Assembly: GCA_017508065.1 (NCBI GenBank)
Contig: JAFVZR010000112.1
Span: forward strand, 1 to 52,313
DNA length: 52,313 nt
Origin: Candidatus Methanomethylophilaceae archaeon
GTDB taxonomy: Archaea; Thermoplasmatota; Thermoplasmata; Methanomassiliicoccales; Methanomethylophilaceae
Reading direction: 5' to 3'
In this document: positions 1-9,931 of the stretch, piece after piece
How positions within the stretch are numbered: position 1 is the first letter of the stretch
Layout of the letters: each line of letters starts with the position of its first letter
The notes under the pieces: generated by a model
The model's input: the letters and a program-made list of their open reading frames with translations, nothing else
Databases searched by the model: none
What the model was told of the DNA's origin: nothing
Position numbers and translations under genes: made by a program

Positions 1-2
1 CG

Positions 3-1343
3 GTCAAGACGAGGCACAACGAGGTCGCGCCCAACCAGTTCGAGCTTGCCCCTGTCTATGAGGAGATGAACCTGGCCGTCGATCACAACCTGATGGTCAT
101 GGCCCTCATGAAGAGGATCGCCAAGAAACATGGGTTTAAGGTACTGTTCCACGAGAAGCCGTTCAAGGGTGTGAACGGATCCGGAAAGCACTGCAACTGG
201 TCCATCGGTACCGATACCGGTGTCAACGTGTTCTCTCCCGGAAAGACCGATGAGGAGAACCTCAGATTCTATGCCTTCGTCGTTTCCACACTCCGTGCCG
301 TCTACAAGCATGGCGGTGTCCTGAAGGCATCCGTGATGAGTGCCAGCAACGAGCACAGGCTCGGAGCCAACGAGGCGCCTCCCGCAATCATCTCCTCCTA
401 CATCGGCGATCAGATCGCTGATGCGCTCGACGAGATAGGAAGCGGAGAGATCGCCAAGATGCCTTCAAAGCGCGGTCGTAGGGTCGGCATCCCACAGATT
501 CCTGAACTCATGTTCGACAACACCGACAGGAACAGGACGTCCCCATTCGCATTCACCGGAAACAGGTTCGAGTTCCGTGCGACCGGTTCATCCGCCAACT
601 GTGCACTCCCGATGATTGCATTGAACTCTGCCATGGCAGAGCAGTTGATGGAGTTCAAATCACGCGTCGACGCCTATGTTTCCGAGGGAAAGGACACTGA
701 AAGCGCGATCCTTGCCGTGATCAAGGAATTCTACACCGATTGTAAGTGTGTATGCTTCGACGGAAACGGTTACTCCGATGAGTGGAAGTGTGAAGCGGAG
801 GCTCGCGGACTCGACTGTGAGACATCGCCTCCTAAGATCTTCGATGAGTATCTCACCGATGCCACAAAGGAGATGTTCAGCGTCACCAAGGTCATGTCCG
901 CTTCCGAATTGGAGGCAAGGGCGGAGATCTATTGGGAATCATATTGCATGAAGCTCGACATCGAGGCACGTACCCTCGCTGACCTGGCAGGAAACCACAT
1001 CCTGCCCGTGGCCATGGACTACCAGTCCAAGCTTGCATTCGGCGTATCCAAGATGAAGGAGATTCTCGGCGAGGCCGATTTCAAGAAGGCCACCACCGCA
1101 CAGATAGAGTATATCATGGAGCTCGCGGACCTCATTTCCAAGATTAAGGGCGAGTCCAAGGAACTCATCGCGATCTGCGACAGGATCTCCGAGTACGAGC
1201 CCCGTGAGCGTGCGATCGCATTCCATGACGAGGTCGTGCCCTATCTCGAGTCCATAAGGGAGTCCAGTGATGCATTGGAGCTCATCGTGGACGATCAGGC
1301 ATGGCCTTTGCCGAAATACCGTGAGATGCTGTTCGTGCGTTGA
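3..1343 (+). CDS. Glutamine synthetase, type III-like (C-terminal part; the 5' end lies outside the window)
   Basis: The frame is open from the window edge. The translation VKTRHNEVAPNQFELAP... and NEHRLGANEAPPAIIS match conserved GS active-site motifs. A roughly 300-aa C-terminal extension follows, as in GSIII enzymes. The stop is at 1341-1343. Confidence 0.8.
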   Translation, partial: VKTRHNEVAPNQFELAPVYEEMNLAVDHNLMVMALMKRIAKKHGFKVLFHEKPFKGVNGSGKHCNWSIGTDTGVNVFSPGKTDEENLRFYAFVVSTLRAVYKHGGVLKASVMSASNEHRLGANEAPPAIISSYIGDQIADALDEIGSGEIAKMPSKRGRRVGIPQIPELMFDNTDRNRTSPFAFTGNRFEFRATGSSANCALPMIALNSAMAEQLMEFKSRVDAYVSEGKDTESAILAVIKEFYTDCKCVCFDGNGYSDEWKCEAEARGLDCETSPPKIFDEYLTDATKEMFSVTKVMSASELEARAEIYWESYCMKLDIEARTLADLAGNHILPVAMDYQSKLAFGVSKMKEILGEADFKKATTAQIEYIMELADLISKIKGESKELIAICDRISEYEPRERAIAFHDEVVPYLESIRESSDALELIVDDQAWPLPKYREMLFVR

Positions 1344-1349
1344 GTACGA

Positions 1350-2204
1350 TCAGCATCCCATCTTTTTCCCATAGATGTTGAATCCGTAACTGACTGCTAT
1401 GCCTGCTATGGCTGCGACGACAGCGGATACGATATCTCCTATGTTTGGATCCATCATGACGAGTTCTTGGACGATAATCAGGAGGGAACCCACTGTCAGA
1501 CCCATCACGACGAAGTATGTCTGTGATCTGTGGTTCTTCAGGCAATAATCCATGATCTTTGCGAATCCGAGTATTCCGATCACAAGACCGATGCCGAGCG
1601 GGATGATGAAGTAGAAGTCCAGATGTGCTATGGAACTGATGGTGACATCGAACAGACCCAGTGCGATCAATAGAGATGCGCCGCTGATTCCCGGGACGAT
1701 TTTGGATATCGCAAGGAGGATTCCACAGATGCAGAACATCACCATGTTGCCTATCGTGTGTTCGTCGGGTTGTACGCCTCCATTGGATGTATCGACGAAC
1801 ATCAGGGCGACTATGACACCAAGACCCAGCAGGAACGGCAGGATCTGTAGCGCTCCGATCCTGTCCCCTTTTACATGTCCACTCAACGAATATATCTCTG
1901 GCACTTGTGCAAGTATGAGTCCGAAGAAGAATGCTATGCATATGGCCTTGAACGCATTCAGTGTATAGTCAAGAACGACCGTACAGGCCAACATCCCTAC
2001 CGCAAGGCCCGCACCAAGGGTGAACAGGAATCTGAAATCGGAGAACAGCCTATGGCGGAGGTCACTCAGATCCTCTATCAATCTTTCATAGACGCCGCAC
2101 AGGATCGCGATCAATCCGCCGCTGACACCCGGTAGTACGGAAGCGAAACCCACTACGATGCCTACAAGAACGTTTCTGGAGTCCTTCCTCAACACATCCT
2201 TCAT
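1350..2204 (-). CDS. DUF368-family polytopic membrane protein (polyprenyl-phosphate transporter-like)
   Basis: The 284-aa ORF is hydrophobic throughout. It carries the duplicated motifs 'LPGVSGG' and 'VPGISGAS' that are characteristic of DUF368. Confidence 0.7.
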   Translation of the reverse strand: MKDVLRKDSRNVLVGIVVGFASVLPGVSGGLIAILCGVYERLIEDLSDLRHRLFSDFRFLFTLGAGLAVGMLACTVVLDYTLNAFKAICIAFFFGLILAQVPEIYSLSGHVKGDRIGALQILPFLLGLGVIVALMFVDTSNGGVQPDEHTIGNMVMFCICGILLAISKIVPGISGASLLIALGLFDVTISSIAHLDFYFIIPLGIGLVIGILGFAKIMDYCLKNHRSQTYFVVMGLTVGSLLIIVQELVMMDPNIGDIVSAVVAAIAGIAVSYGFNIYGKKMGC

Positions 2205-2227
2205 CGAACCTTCTAAGCCCTTCCAGT

Positions 2228-2743
2228 TTATAAGGCTGGGTGAAGCTCCTTCTTGCGTACCTCGCTGCGCACAACGTACCCATGAGCCTCATAGAATGAT
2301 CTGGCACTATCATTGTGCCAGCCTACGTTGAGGGTCAGGCTGAGGAGTCCCTTCTCACGACACCACGATTCAGCATAGCGAAGCAGGGCGGACCCGATTC
2401 CCTTCCTCCTCAGTTCGGGTTCGACGAATATCCCCAGGATGTATCCCGTCTCCTCACAGGTGAATTGGTCGGCGGATATGCCCAACCACAATGATCCAGC
2501 GTATCTACCGTCCTCCATCTTGAGGACGAACGTCTCATCACACATCCTTCCTTCAAGAATCGATGAGTTGGCTATGTTGAGTATCGTGTCCATCCAAAGA
2601 TCGGACAGACCCCTTTCGATCCCATTGACGGATTGTTCAACGCTGTGTCTGGTGCAAGAGATGATGTACTCCATGTCCTCTTCCTGGGCCCTGGTCAACA
2701 TCAGCCCGTGCGGGAGTTCGCATGCAATTTCCGTCGTGCTCAC
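2228..2743 (-). CDS. GNAT-family N-acetyltransferase
   Basis: The segment 'FVEPELRRKGIGSALLRYAESW' matches the acetyl-CoA-binding motif A (R-x-x-G-x-G/A). The 171-aa size is typical for the family. Confidence 0.8.
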   Translation of the reverse strand: MSTTEIACELPHGLMLTRAQEEDMEYIISCTRHSVEQSVNGIERGLSDLWMDTILNIANSSILEGRMCDETFVLKMEDGRYAGSLWLGISADQFTCEETGYILGIFVEPELRRKGIGSALLRYAESWCREKGLLSLTLNVGWHNDSARSFYEAHGYVVRSEVRKKELHPAL

Positions 2744-2799
2744 GCTTCTCTATTATGCAACGCGACTATAAAGTGGATAAGGCGGTTTTGTAGTAATCG

Positions 2800-2806
2800 T
2801 TATATA
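2800..2806 (+). promoter_or_regulatory. Candidate archaeal TATA box for the thermosome gene
   Basis: TTATATA lies about 58 nt upstream of the ATG at 2864. A GGAGG Shine-Dalgarno motif at 2851-2855 sits in between. Confidence 0.35.
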
Positions 2807-2863
2807 GAAGTACTAACTTCAAGGCAATTAGTATAATCCAAACTATACTTGGAGGAATTTAAA

Positions 2864-4501
2864 ATGGGAATGGGTAACGCACCTATAGTGATCCTCAAGG
2901 AAGGAACCAAGAGGGACAAAGGAAAGGACGCTCAGTTCAACAACATTTCAGCAGCAAGGACAATCTCCGACGCAGTCAGGAGCAGCCTTGGACCCAGAGG
3001 AATGGACAAGATGCTCGTCGACTCCATGGGAGACGTCATCATCACCAACGACGGTGTCACCATCCTCAAGGAGATCGATGTCCAGCACCCCGCAGCAAAG
3101 ATGCTCGTCGAGGTCGCCAAGACTCAGGACACCGAGGTCGGAGACGGAACCACCACCTCCGTCATCCTCGCAGGCGAGCTCCTCAAGAAGTCCCTCGACA
3201 TGGTCGACTCCAACGTTCACCCCACTGTCATCGCAAGTGGATACAGGCTTGCAAACGCAAAGGCACAGCAGATCCTCGAGGACATCGCAGAGCCCGTCTC
3301 CATCGACAACGACGCACTCCTCATGGACATCGCAGGAACCGCAATGAACTCCAAGCAGATCAACAACTCCAAGGAGTTCTTCAGCAGACTCGTCGTCGAC
3401 GCAGTCAAGACCGTTGCAAAGGAGGAGAACGGAAAGTACACCGTCGACCTCAACAACATCCAGACCGTCAAGAAGACCGGAGCATCCATGGATGAGACCG
3501 AGCTCGTCAAGGGACTCATCATCGACAAGGAACCCGTCCACAGCGCAATGCCCAAGGTCATCAAGGACGCAAAGATCGCACTGATTGACGCACCCTTCGA
3601 GATCAAGAAGACCGAGATCGATGCAAAGATCGAGATCAACGACCCCACCCAGCTCAACGCATTCCTCGAGGAGGAAGAGAATATGCTGAGGAAGATGGTC
3701 GAGAACGTCAAGAAGACCGGAGCAAACGTTGTCTTCTGCCAGAAGGGAATCGACGACCTCGCACAGCACTTCCTCGCAAAGGAGGGAATCTACGCAGCAC
3801 GCCGTGTCAAGAAGTCCGACATGGAGAAGCTCGCAGCATCCACCGGTGGAAACATCATCAACAAGATCGCAGAGCTCGAGGCAGAGGACCTTGGAACTGC
3901 AGGACTCATCGAGGTCAAGAAGGTTCAGGGTAACGACATGACCTTCGTCACCAACCTCAAGGCAGCAAAGTCCGTCTCTCTCCTGATCAGGGGAGGAACC
4001 GGTCACGTCCTCGACGAGATCGAGAGATCTCTCATCGATGCATGGTCCGTCGTCCGCGTCGCAATCGAGGACGGAAAGATCGTCACCGGCGGTGGATCCA
4101 CTGCTGTCGAGATCGCAATGCAGCTCAGGGACTACTCCGCATCCGTCGGAGGCAGAGAGCAGATCGCAATCGACGCTTTCGCATCCGCAATGGAGTCCAT
4201 CCCCACCACTCTCGCAGAGAACGCAGGTCTCGACCCCATCGATGTTCTCATCGAGATGAGGAAGCAGCACAAGGCTGGAAAGAACAAGTTCGCAGGACTC
4301 AACCCCTTCACCGGAAAGGTCGAGGACATGTTCGGCCTCAAGGTCGTTGAGCCCTACAGGATCGGAAAGCAGGCAATCAACTCCGCAACTGACGCAGCAG
4401 TCATGATCCTCAGGATCGACGACGTCATCGCAGCACGCGGTATGCCCATGCCCGCTGGACCTCCTGGCGGAACCCCCATGCCCGGTGTGGCAGAAGAGTA
4501 A
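2864..4501 (+). CDS. ths: Thermosome subunit (group II chaperonin)
   Basis: The motifs 'LGPRGMDKML', 'ITNDGVTIL', 'VGDGTTT' and 'VTGGG' are present, and the length is about 545 aa. The track start at 2849 is a TTG, whereas the ATG at 2864 follows GGAGG. Confidence 0.95.
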   Translation: MGMGNAPIVILKEGTKRDKGKDAQFNNISAARTISDAVRSSLGPRGMDKMLVDSMGDVIITNDGVTILKEIDVQHPAAKMLVEVAKTQDTEVGDGTTTSVILAGELLKKSLDMVDSNVHPTVIASGYRLANAKAQQILEDIAEPVSIDNDALLMDIAGTAMNSKQINNSKEFFSRLVVDAVKTVAKEENGKYTVDLNNIQTVKKTGASMDETELVKGLIIDKEPVHSAMPKVIKDAKIALIDAPFEIKKTEIDAKIEINDPTQLNAFLEEEENMLRKMVENVKKTGANVVFCQKGIDDLAQHFLAKEGIYAARRVKKSDMEKLAASTGGNIINKIAELEAEDLGTAGLIEVKKVQGNDMTFVTNLKAAKSVSLLIRGGTGHVLDEIERSLIDAWSVVRVAIEDGKIVTGGGSTAVEIAMQLRDYSASVGGREQIAIDAFASAMESIPTTLAENAGLDPIDVLIEMRKQHKAGKNKFAGLNPFTGKVEDMFGLKVVEPYRIGKQAINSATDAAVMILRIDDVIAARGMPMPAGPPGGTPMPGVAEE

Positions 4502-4515
4502 AACAACAACTAAAC

Positions 4516-4534
4516 GGGGGGTAAAACCCCCTTT
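4516..4534 (+). terminator. GC hairpin plus T-tract after the thermosome gene
   Basis: The sequence GGGGGG-TAAAA-CCCCC followed by TTT lies 15 nt after the stop codon. Confidence 0.5.
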
Positions 4535-4537
4535 CAA

Positions 4538-4544
4538 TTTATAC
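4538..4544 (+). promoter_or_regulatory. Candidate TATA box for grpE-dnaK-dnaJ
   Basis: TTTATAC lies about 25-31 nt upstream of the grpE ATG at 4569. This implies a leaderless or very short-leader transcript. Confidence 0.35.
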
Positions 4545-4568
4545 AAAATTTGACAGAAGGCGATTCGG

Positions 4569-5099
4569 ATGACTGATAAGTCTAGAAAAAAGGAAGATGT
4601 CCCCAAGACCGAAGAGGTCGTGGAGGAAGTCCAGGTGGATCCTTTGGCAGAGGCCAACGCCAAGGCCGAGGAGTATCTCGACATGGCTAGAAGGGTTCAG
4701 GCGGATTTCGACAACTTCCGCAAGAGGGCACAGAAGGAGAAGGAGGAATACAGGACGTTCGCAACTGCGGACCTCATGGGCGACCTTCTCTCCATCGTCG
4801 ATGATTTCGACAGAGCACTCGAGCATGCGGATCCCGAATCCGATATCGCCATCGGTGTCAACGGAATCAGGAAGAACCTGATGAAGGTCCTTGAATCCAA
4901 GGGTCTCAAGGAGATCGACGCATCCGGAAAATTCGACCCTAACTATCACGAAGCGCTCTGCACCGTCGAGGCAGAGACTGAGGGCGATGTCGCAGAGGTG
5001 TTCCAGAAAGGATACTGCATCGGTAACCGTGTCCTCAGGTACACCAAGGTGAAGGTCACCAAGAAGAAAGAAAACACTAACACAGGAGTAGGTGAGTAA
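4569..5099 (+). CDS. grpE: Nucleotide exchange factor GrpE
   Basis: The motif '[16 protein letters not shown]' and the C-terminal '[16 protein letters not shown]' are GrpE signatures. The gene is immediately followed by dnaK. Confidence 0.9.
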   Translation: MTDKSRKKEDVPKTEEVVEEVQVDPLAEANAKAEEYLDMARRVQADFDNFRKRAQKEKEEYRTFATADLMGDLLSIVDDFDRALEHADPESDIAIGVNGIRKNLMKVLESKGLKEIDASGKFDPNYHEALCTVEAETEGDVAEVFQKGYCIGNRVLRYTKVKVTKKKENTNTGVGE

Positions 5100-5101
5100 G
5101 A

Positions 5102-6982
5102 ATGTCTAGAATCATTGGAATCGATTTGGGTACAAGCAATTCCGCAGCATCCGTTATGGAAGGCGGAAAGGCGACCATGGTCCCCAGCGAAGAGGGAACC
5201 AGCATTGGCGGAAAGTCCTTCCCGTCATATGTCGCATTCACACAGGATGGTCAGCTTCTCGTAGGAGAGCCCGCTAGGAGGCAGGCAGTCACCAACCCTA
5301 ACGGAACCATCAAGAACGTGAAGAGGAAGATGGGAACCTCTGAGAAGGTATCCGCACTCGGAAAGGAGTACACTCCTCAGCAGATCTCCGCATTCATCCT
5401 TCAGAAGATCAAGAGGGACGCAGAGAGCTACCTCGGTGGAGAGACCATCGATAAGGCAGTCATTACCGTTCCCGCATACTTCGACGACAACCAGAGGCAG
5501 GCAACCAAGGATGCTGGTGCAATCGCAGGTCTCGAGGTCGTTCGTATCATCAACGAGCCTACCGCGGCAGCACTCGCATACGGTATCGACAAGGGTAACG
5601 TCTCCCAGAAGATCCTCGTCTTCGATCTCGGAGGAGGAACCCTCGATGTCACCATCATGGACTTCAGCGACGGAGTCTTCGAGGTTCTCTCCACTTCCGG
5701 AGACACCAAGCTCGGTGGATCCGATATGGATGAGGCACTCACCAACTACATCATCTCCGAGTTCAAGAAGGAGACCGGAATCGACCTCGCACAGGACAAC
5801 ATGGCGTTCTGGAGGGTCAGAGAGGCATGTGAGAAGGCAAAGATCGAGCTCTCCACCACCATGCAGACCGAGATCAACCTGCCCTACATCACCTCCGACG
5901 CAACCGGTCCCAAGCACCTGATGAAGACCCTCACCCGCGCAAAGCTCGAGGAGCTCGTCGAGCCCATCGTCTCCCGCTGCAGGACCTCCATCGTCCAGGC
6001 AATGAACGATGCAGGACTCTCCAACGACAACATCGACAAGATCATCATGGTCGGTGGACCCACCAGGATGCCCATCGTCCAGAACTTCGTCGAGAACATC
6101 GTCGGACCCAAGATCCAGCGCGGAATCGACCCCATGGAGTGCGTTTCCATGGGTGCAGCAATCCAGGGAGCCGTCCTCTCCGGAGATGTCAAGGACGTCC
6201 TTCTGTTGGATGTCACTCCTCTGTCCCTTGGTATCGAGACCCTCGGTGGAATCGCAACCAAGCTCATCGACAGGAACACTACCATCCCCACCAGGAAGTC
6301 CCAGGTGTTCTCCACCGCAGTGGACAACCAGCCCTCTGTCGAGATCCACGTCGTTCAGGGAGAGAGGGAGATGGCAGCAGACAACACCTCCTTGGGAAGA
6401 TTCTCCCTTGATGGTATTCCTCCCGCACGTCGTGGAGTGCCTCAGATCGAGGTCACATTCGACATCGATGCGAACGGTATCATCAACGTCACCGCAAAGG
6501 ACAAGGGAACCGGAAAGGAGCAGAAGATCACCATCGCATCCTCCAATAAGCTCAGCAAGGAGGAGATCGACAACATGGTCAAGCAGGCAGAGCAGTTCGC
6601 TGAGGCCGACAAGAAGAAGCGTGAGGAGATCGAGGTCCTCAACCAGGCCGAGTCCACCATCTACACCGTCAGGAAGTCCCTTGACGAACTCGGTGAGAAG
6701 GTCAGCAACGAGGAGAGGGCTTCCATCGAGGCAGCGATCTCCGATCTCGAGGCTGCACAGGCAACCAAGGATGTCGAGCAGGTCAAGCAGAAGATGGACG
6801 CCCTCTACAAGGCAATGGAGCCCATCTCTCAGAAGATCTACGAGCAAGCCGCGAAGGACCAGCAGGCCCAGGGCGGTTGCGATTGCGGATCCGGCTGCGG
6901 AACCGGTCAGAAGAGCCAGGAGTCCAAGGCAAACGACGGCGACTTCGTAGATGCCGACTACAAGATCGTGGATGACGAGTAA
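5102..6982 (+). CDS. dnaK: Hsp70 chaperone DnaK
   Basis: The motifs '[10 protein letters not shown]', '[10 protein letters not shown]', 'DLGGGTLDV' and 'VGGPTRMP' are present, and the protein is 626 aa. Confidence 0.97.
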   Translation: MSRIIGIDLGTSNSAASVMEGGKATMVPSEEGTSIGGKSFPSYVAFTQDGQLLVGEPARRQAVTNPNGTIKNVKRKMGTSEKVSALGKEYTPQQISAFILQKIKRDAESYLGGETIDKAVITVPAYFDDNQRQATKDAGAIAGLEVVRIINEPTAAALAYGIDKGNVSQKILVFDLGGGTLDVTIMDFSDGVFEVLSTSGDTKLGGSDMDEALTNYIISEFKKETGIDLAQDNMAFWRVREACEKAKIELSTTMQTEINLPYITSDATGPKHLMKTLTRAKLEELVEPIVSRCRTSIVQAMNDAGLSNDNIDKIIMVGGPTRMPIVQNFVENIVGPKIQRGIDPMECVSMGAAIQGAVLSGDVKDVLLLDVTPLSLGIETLGGIATKLIDRNTTIPTRKSQVFSTAVDNQPSVEIHVVQGEREMAADNTSLGRFSLDGIPPARRGVPQIEVTFDIDANGIINVTAKDKGTGKEQKITIASSNKLSKEEIDNMVKQAEQFAEADKKKREEIEVLNQAESTIYTVRKSLDELGEKVSNEERASIEAAISDLEAAQATKDVEQVKQKMDALYKAMEPISQKIYEQAAKDQQAQGGCDCGSGCGTGQKSQESKANDGDFVDADYKIVDDE

Positions 6983-6984
6983 TC

Positions 6985-8139
6985 ATGCCTAGAGACTACT
7001 ACGAAGTGCTGGGCGTCTCCAAGGACGCAGATGCGGATGCGATCAAACGCGCATACCGCAAACTTGCCCGTGAACATCACCCCGATGTTTCGAAGGACCC
7101 TAAGGACGTCGCAGAGGAGAAGTTCAAGGAGATCTCCGAGGCTTACGAGGTCCTTTCGGATGCCGATAAGCGCAGGATGTATGACCAGTACGGTCACGAG
7201 GGACTCAACGGACAGTTCGGTTCCGGTGGGTTCAGCATGAACGACTTCACGCACTTCGAGGACATCAGTGACCTCTTCGGCGGAGGACTCTTCGACATGT
7301 TCTTCGGCGGAGGAGGAAGGAATCAGTCCCGCGGAGGCCCCTCCCAGGGAGATTCCATCATGTACAACGTCGAAGTGGAACTGGTGGATGTTCTCAACGG
7401 CAAGGAGCTTGAACTCGAAGTCCCCCATTCCGTGACATGCGAACCTTGTCACGGAACCGGTGGCCGCGACGGCAACGTCAAACAGTGTCAGAAGTGTGGA
7501 GGTCGCGGACAGGTACAGATGGTCCGCAACTCCCCCTTCGGACAGATGGTCCAGGTCGCTGAGTGTCCTTCTTGTAACGGTAGGGGAAAGACCTATGACG
7601 AGAAGTGCCCCCACTGTCGTGGAAACGGTGCGGTACAGAAGAAGTCGAAGATCAAGGTCAAGATTCCTAAAGGAATCTCCGACGGTTCTCGTATGAGGAT
7701 TCCTGGTGCAGGTGATGCGGGACAGAACGGTGGTCCGCCAGGGGATCTCATCGTTGCGATCCATGTACGTCCCAACGATGTGTTCGAGCGCGACGGAATC
7801 AACCTCTGGACCGGTGTGACTACCACATACCCCAAGCTCGTACTCGGTGGCACCGCTGTCGTGAAGACGCTTGGTGGAAAGAGTGTGGAACTCAACATCC
7901 CGTCCGGAACTCAGGTAGGTTCCGTACTCAGGATTCCAGGGGAGGGTCTTCCAAGGAGCTCCTCATCCACATCACGCGGAGATATGTTCGTCCGTGTGAG
8001 GATCGAGGTCCCCAAGAAGGTATCCGATGAGGAGCGCGAACTCCTAATGAAGTTGGATGGTTCCGCTTCCACTGGCAAGAAAGGAAAGAAGAAATCCATT
8101 CTTGACAAGATTACTGACACTGTTACCGGATCCAAATAA
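6985..8139 (+). CDS. dnaJ: Co-chaperone DnaJ (type I)
   Basis: There is a J-domain with 'HHPD'. A G/F-rich linker follows. Four CxxCxGxG zinc motifs are present ([32 protein letters not shown]). Confidence 0.95.
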   Translation: MPRDYYEVLGVSKDADADAIKRAYRKLAREHHPDVSKDPKDVAEEKFKEISEAYEVLSDADKRRMYDQYGHEGLNGQFGSGGFSMNDFTHFEDISDLFGGGLFDMFFGGGGRNQSRGGPSQGDSIMYNVEVELVDVLNGKELELEVPHSVTCEPCHGTGGRDGNVKQCQKCGGRGQVQMVRNSPFGQMVQVAECPSCNGRGKTYDEKCPHCRGNGAVQKKSKIKVKIPKGISDGSRMRIPGAGDAGQNGGPPGDLIVAIHVRPNDVFERDGINLWTGVTTTYPKLVLGGTAVVKTLGGKSVELNIPSGTQVGSVLRIPGEGLPRSSSSTSRGDMFVRVRIEVPKKVSDEERELLMKLDGSASTGKKGKKKSILDKITDTVTGSK

Positions 8140-8211
8140 ACCTCTTCCCACAAACTTCATTTTTCTCAAGTCTGGGTCATTTATATATGGCACAAACGAC
8201 ATCCGTTGTCG

Positions 8212-9648
8212 ATGAGCGAGAGAGAGCCAGACTACGCAAGCACTGTGTACGACTGTCCTGTCTGTGGCGGTGATGCATCCATAGAATTCGAGAATGGGGC
8301 AACCATCGTCTGTGACAAATGCGGAAAGACCAAGATCATTCTCAGTTTCAAGTCGAATGGGGACATGGTAACCGTTTCAGAGAACAATGGACAATACTAT
8401 GAGGTGGAACCCGACGTACGTGCAGCACTAGCAAAGGTCGAGGCTGCCAAAGTTTCCAAACCGGAGGGTATCCAGAAGAGTCTTGCCATCATTGCAGCCA
8501 ACAACGATCTCGCTACAGCATACAACAATACCGGAAGGGAAGGTCTCGCAGAGAACCTTGCATCCGAATCTCTCAAATCCATCGGTATTCTCTTCGAAGG
8601 TGGAGAGGAGGTCGTAGAGGAATATTGTGATCAGGCTTCCCTTTGTGCAGCATTCGCATCGGCTCGTTCCGATTATGATCTGGCACAGAGGATCTATGAC
8701 AGTGCGCTCATCGATATGGACGGAATCAAGAATGTCAGTGTCGCATCTCTCAAGGTGAAGCGCGGTCTTCTTTGGACCAAGAAGGACAATGCAGCTGCTG
8801 AGACTCATCTCAAGGATGCATTGGAAATCATCGGTGATGGAGATACCAAGGAGTATCCCGACCCCTACATTCGCGTCATCGCATACGACGCGCTCCGTGG
8901 TATCAGCGGAAAGAGGATGGATTCCGTTGCCGAGGAAGATTACCTCATCAAGTCGATCGAAGAGAGGAAGAGACTTCTCGACCAAGACCCAGATGCTCCC
9001 GAGTATAGGGTCGTTGAACTCGTCGATGCCATGGGGTACTATGCGGAGAAGCTATCTAGAGGCGGTGATGACAACATGGCTGAGGATCTTCTCAAAGAGG
9101 CCGAGAACATCGCGAGGAAGTACAACCGTGCCGAGGCGGAAGCCTACGCTGTGATGAGCACCATCCGTTACCAACAGAACATGAAGCGCCCGCTTCCAGA
9201 CAATTTCTCCGAGATCATGACCAAGATCATCGATACCTTCGTCGCATCTCCTGCGAAGGACAAGCGTCTCAAGGAATCTCTGGCACAGGCATACATGTTC
9301 AGATCCATGGTCATCGACCCAGAGGACTATGAGGCACTCGTCTCCGATATCGGTAGTGCATATGACCTGCTTCTCGATCTCGCGTACCGTGGGGACGTCA
9401 ACGAGATGTTCCTGATGTCCGCTGCACGTTCCTACCTCATTCTCCTGAACATGAAGAATCCTGAGAAGGCGAAGGCCGTTCGTCAGGAACTCAATGAGAT
9501 CGGAATATCACAGAAGCACCTGGACACATCCGCAAGGAGTACCATAGGAAACAGTGGAAAGCGCACAAAGGTCGATTACAAGGAGAAGGTCGACAAGCCC
9601 CTTCCTGGAAGAAGGTTGAAGAGACAGCCAATCAAGAAGAAGGGATGA
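8212..9648 (+). CDS. Hypothetical protein with an N-terminal zinc ribbon and a long TPR-like helical repeat region
   Basis: The N-terminus carries 'CPVCGG...CDKCGK'. The remaining ~400 aa are helix-rich with repeated A/Y/L patterns such as 'DYDLAQRIYDSAL', and the tail is basic. The track start at 8206 is a TTG, and the first ATG is at 8212. Confidence 0.6.
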   Translation: MSEREPDYASTVYDCPVCGGDASIEFENGATIVCDKCGKTKIILSFKSNGDMVTVSENNGQYYEVEPDVRAALAKVEAAKVSKPEGIQKSLAIIAANNDLATAYNNTGREGLAENLASESLKSIGILFEGGEEVVEEYCDQASLCAAFASARSDYDLAQRIYDSALIDMDGIKNVSVASLKVKRGLLWTKKDNAAAETHLKDALEIIGDGDTKEYPDPYIRVIAYDALRGISGKRMDSVAEEDYLIKSIEERKRLLDQDPDAPEYRVVELVDAMGYYAEKLSRGGDDNMAEDLLKEAENIARKYNRAEAEAYAVMSTIRYQQNMKRPLPDNFSEIMTKIIDTFVASPAKDKRLKESLAQAYMFRSMVIDPEDYEALVSDIGSAYDLLLDLAYRGDVNEMFLMSAARSYLILLNMKNPEKAKAVRQELNEIGISQKHLDTSARSTIGNSGKRTKVDYKEKVDKPLPGRRLKRQPIKKKG

Positions 9649-9687
9649 TTCGAACAGCCTCTCGGCCGTCATTCGATGAAATGAGAA

Positions 9688-9773
9688 TGGCGCCGAGAGA
9701 GAGATTCGAACTCCCGAGGGCAAGGCCCAGCGGTTTTCGAGACCGCCGCCATACCGGGCTTGGCTATCTCGGC
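9688..9773 (-). tRNA. tRNA-Ser (anticodon CGA), long variable arm, CCA encoded
   Basis: The reverse complement reads GCCGAGA-TA-...-GCGGT-CTCGAAA-ACCGC-(variable arm GGGC/GCCC)-GGGAG-TTCGAAT-CTCTC-TCTCGGC-G-CCA. Confidence 0.9.
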
Positions 9774-9931
9774 TTAATTGGATGATTGTCTGCTACTATT
9801 TCAATTCAATGATGGCAGTCATCCGCTAGGTCTATTTTTCTCCATCTTTTTCTCTCATTCAACGGTGGTTTTTTCATTGTCAGACATCGATTGAGCAACA
9901 ACCCTATATTCTATCGAAACATTATTGTTCT

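Noticed and set aside
2948-4684. A 578-aa ORF antisense to the thermosome gene. Similar long antisense ORFs occur at 5225-6847 (opposite dnaK), 10709-12328 (opposite purH), 35040-36071 (opposite ilvC), 42695-44071 (opposite KH/pus10), 46352-47833 (opposite the GTPase) and 29412-30593 (opposite lysA).
   Set aside because: Each lies exactly opposite a gene with unmistakable family motifs. Their translations are low-complexity D/L/V/G/C-rich strings with no recognisable motifs. This is the expected stop-codon-poor mirror frame of genes that are rich in GAN/NTC codons.
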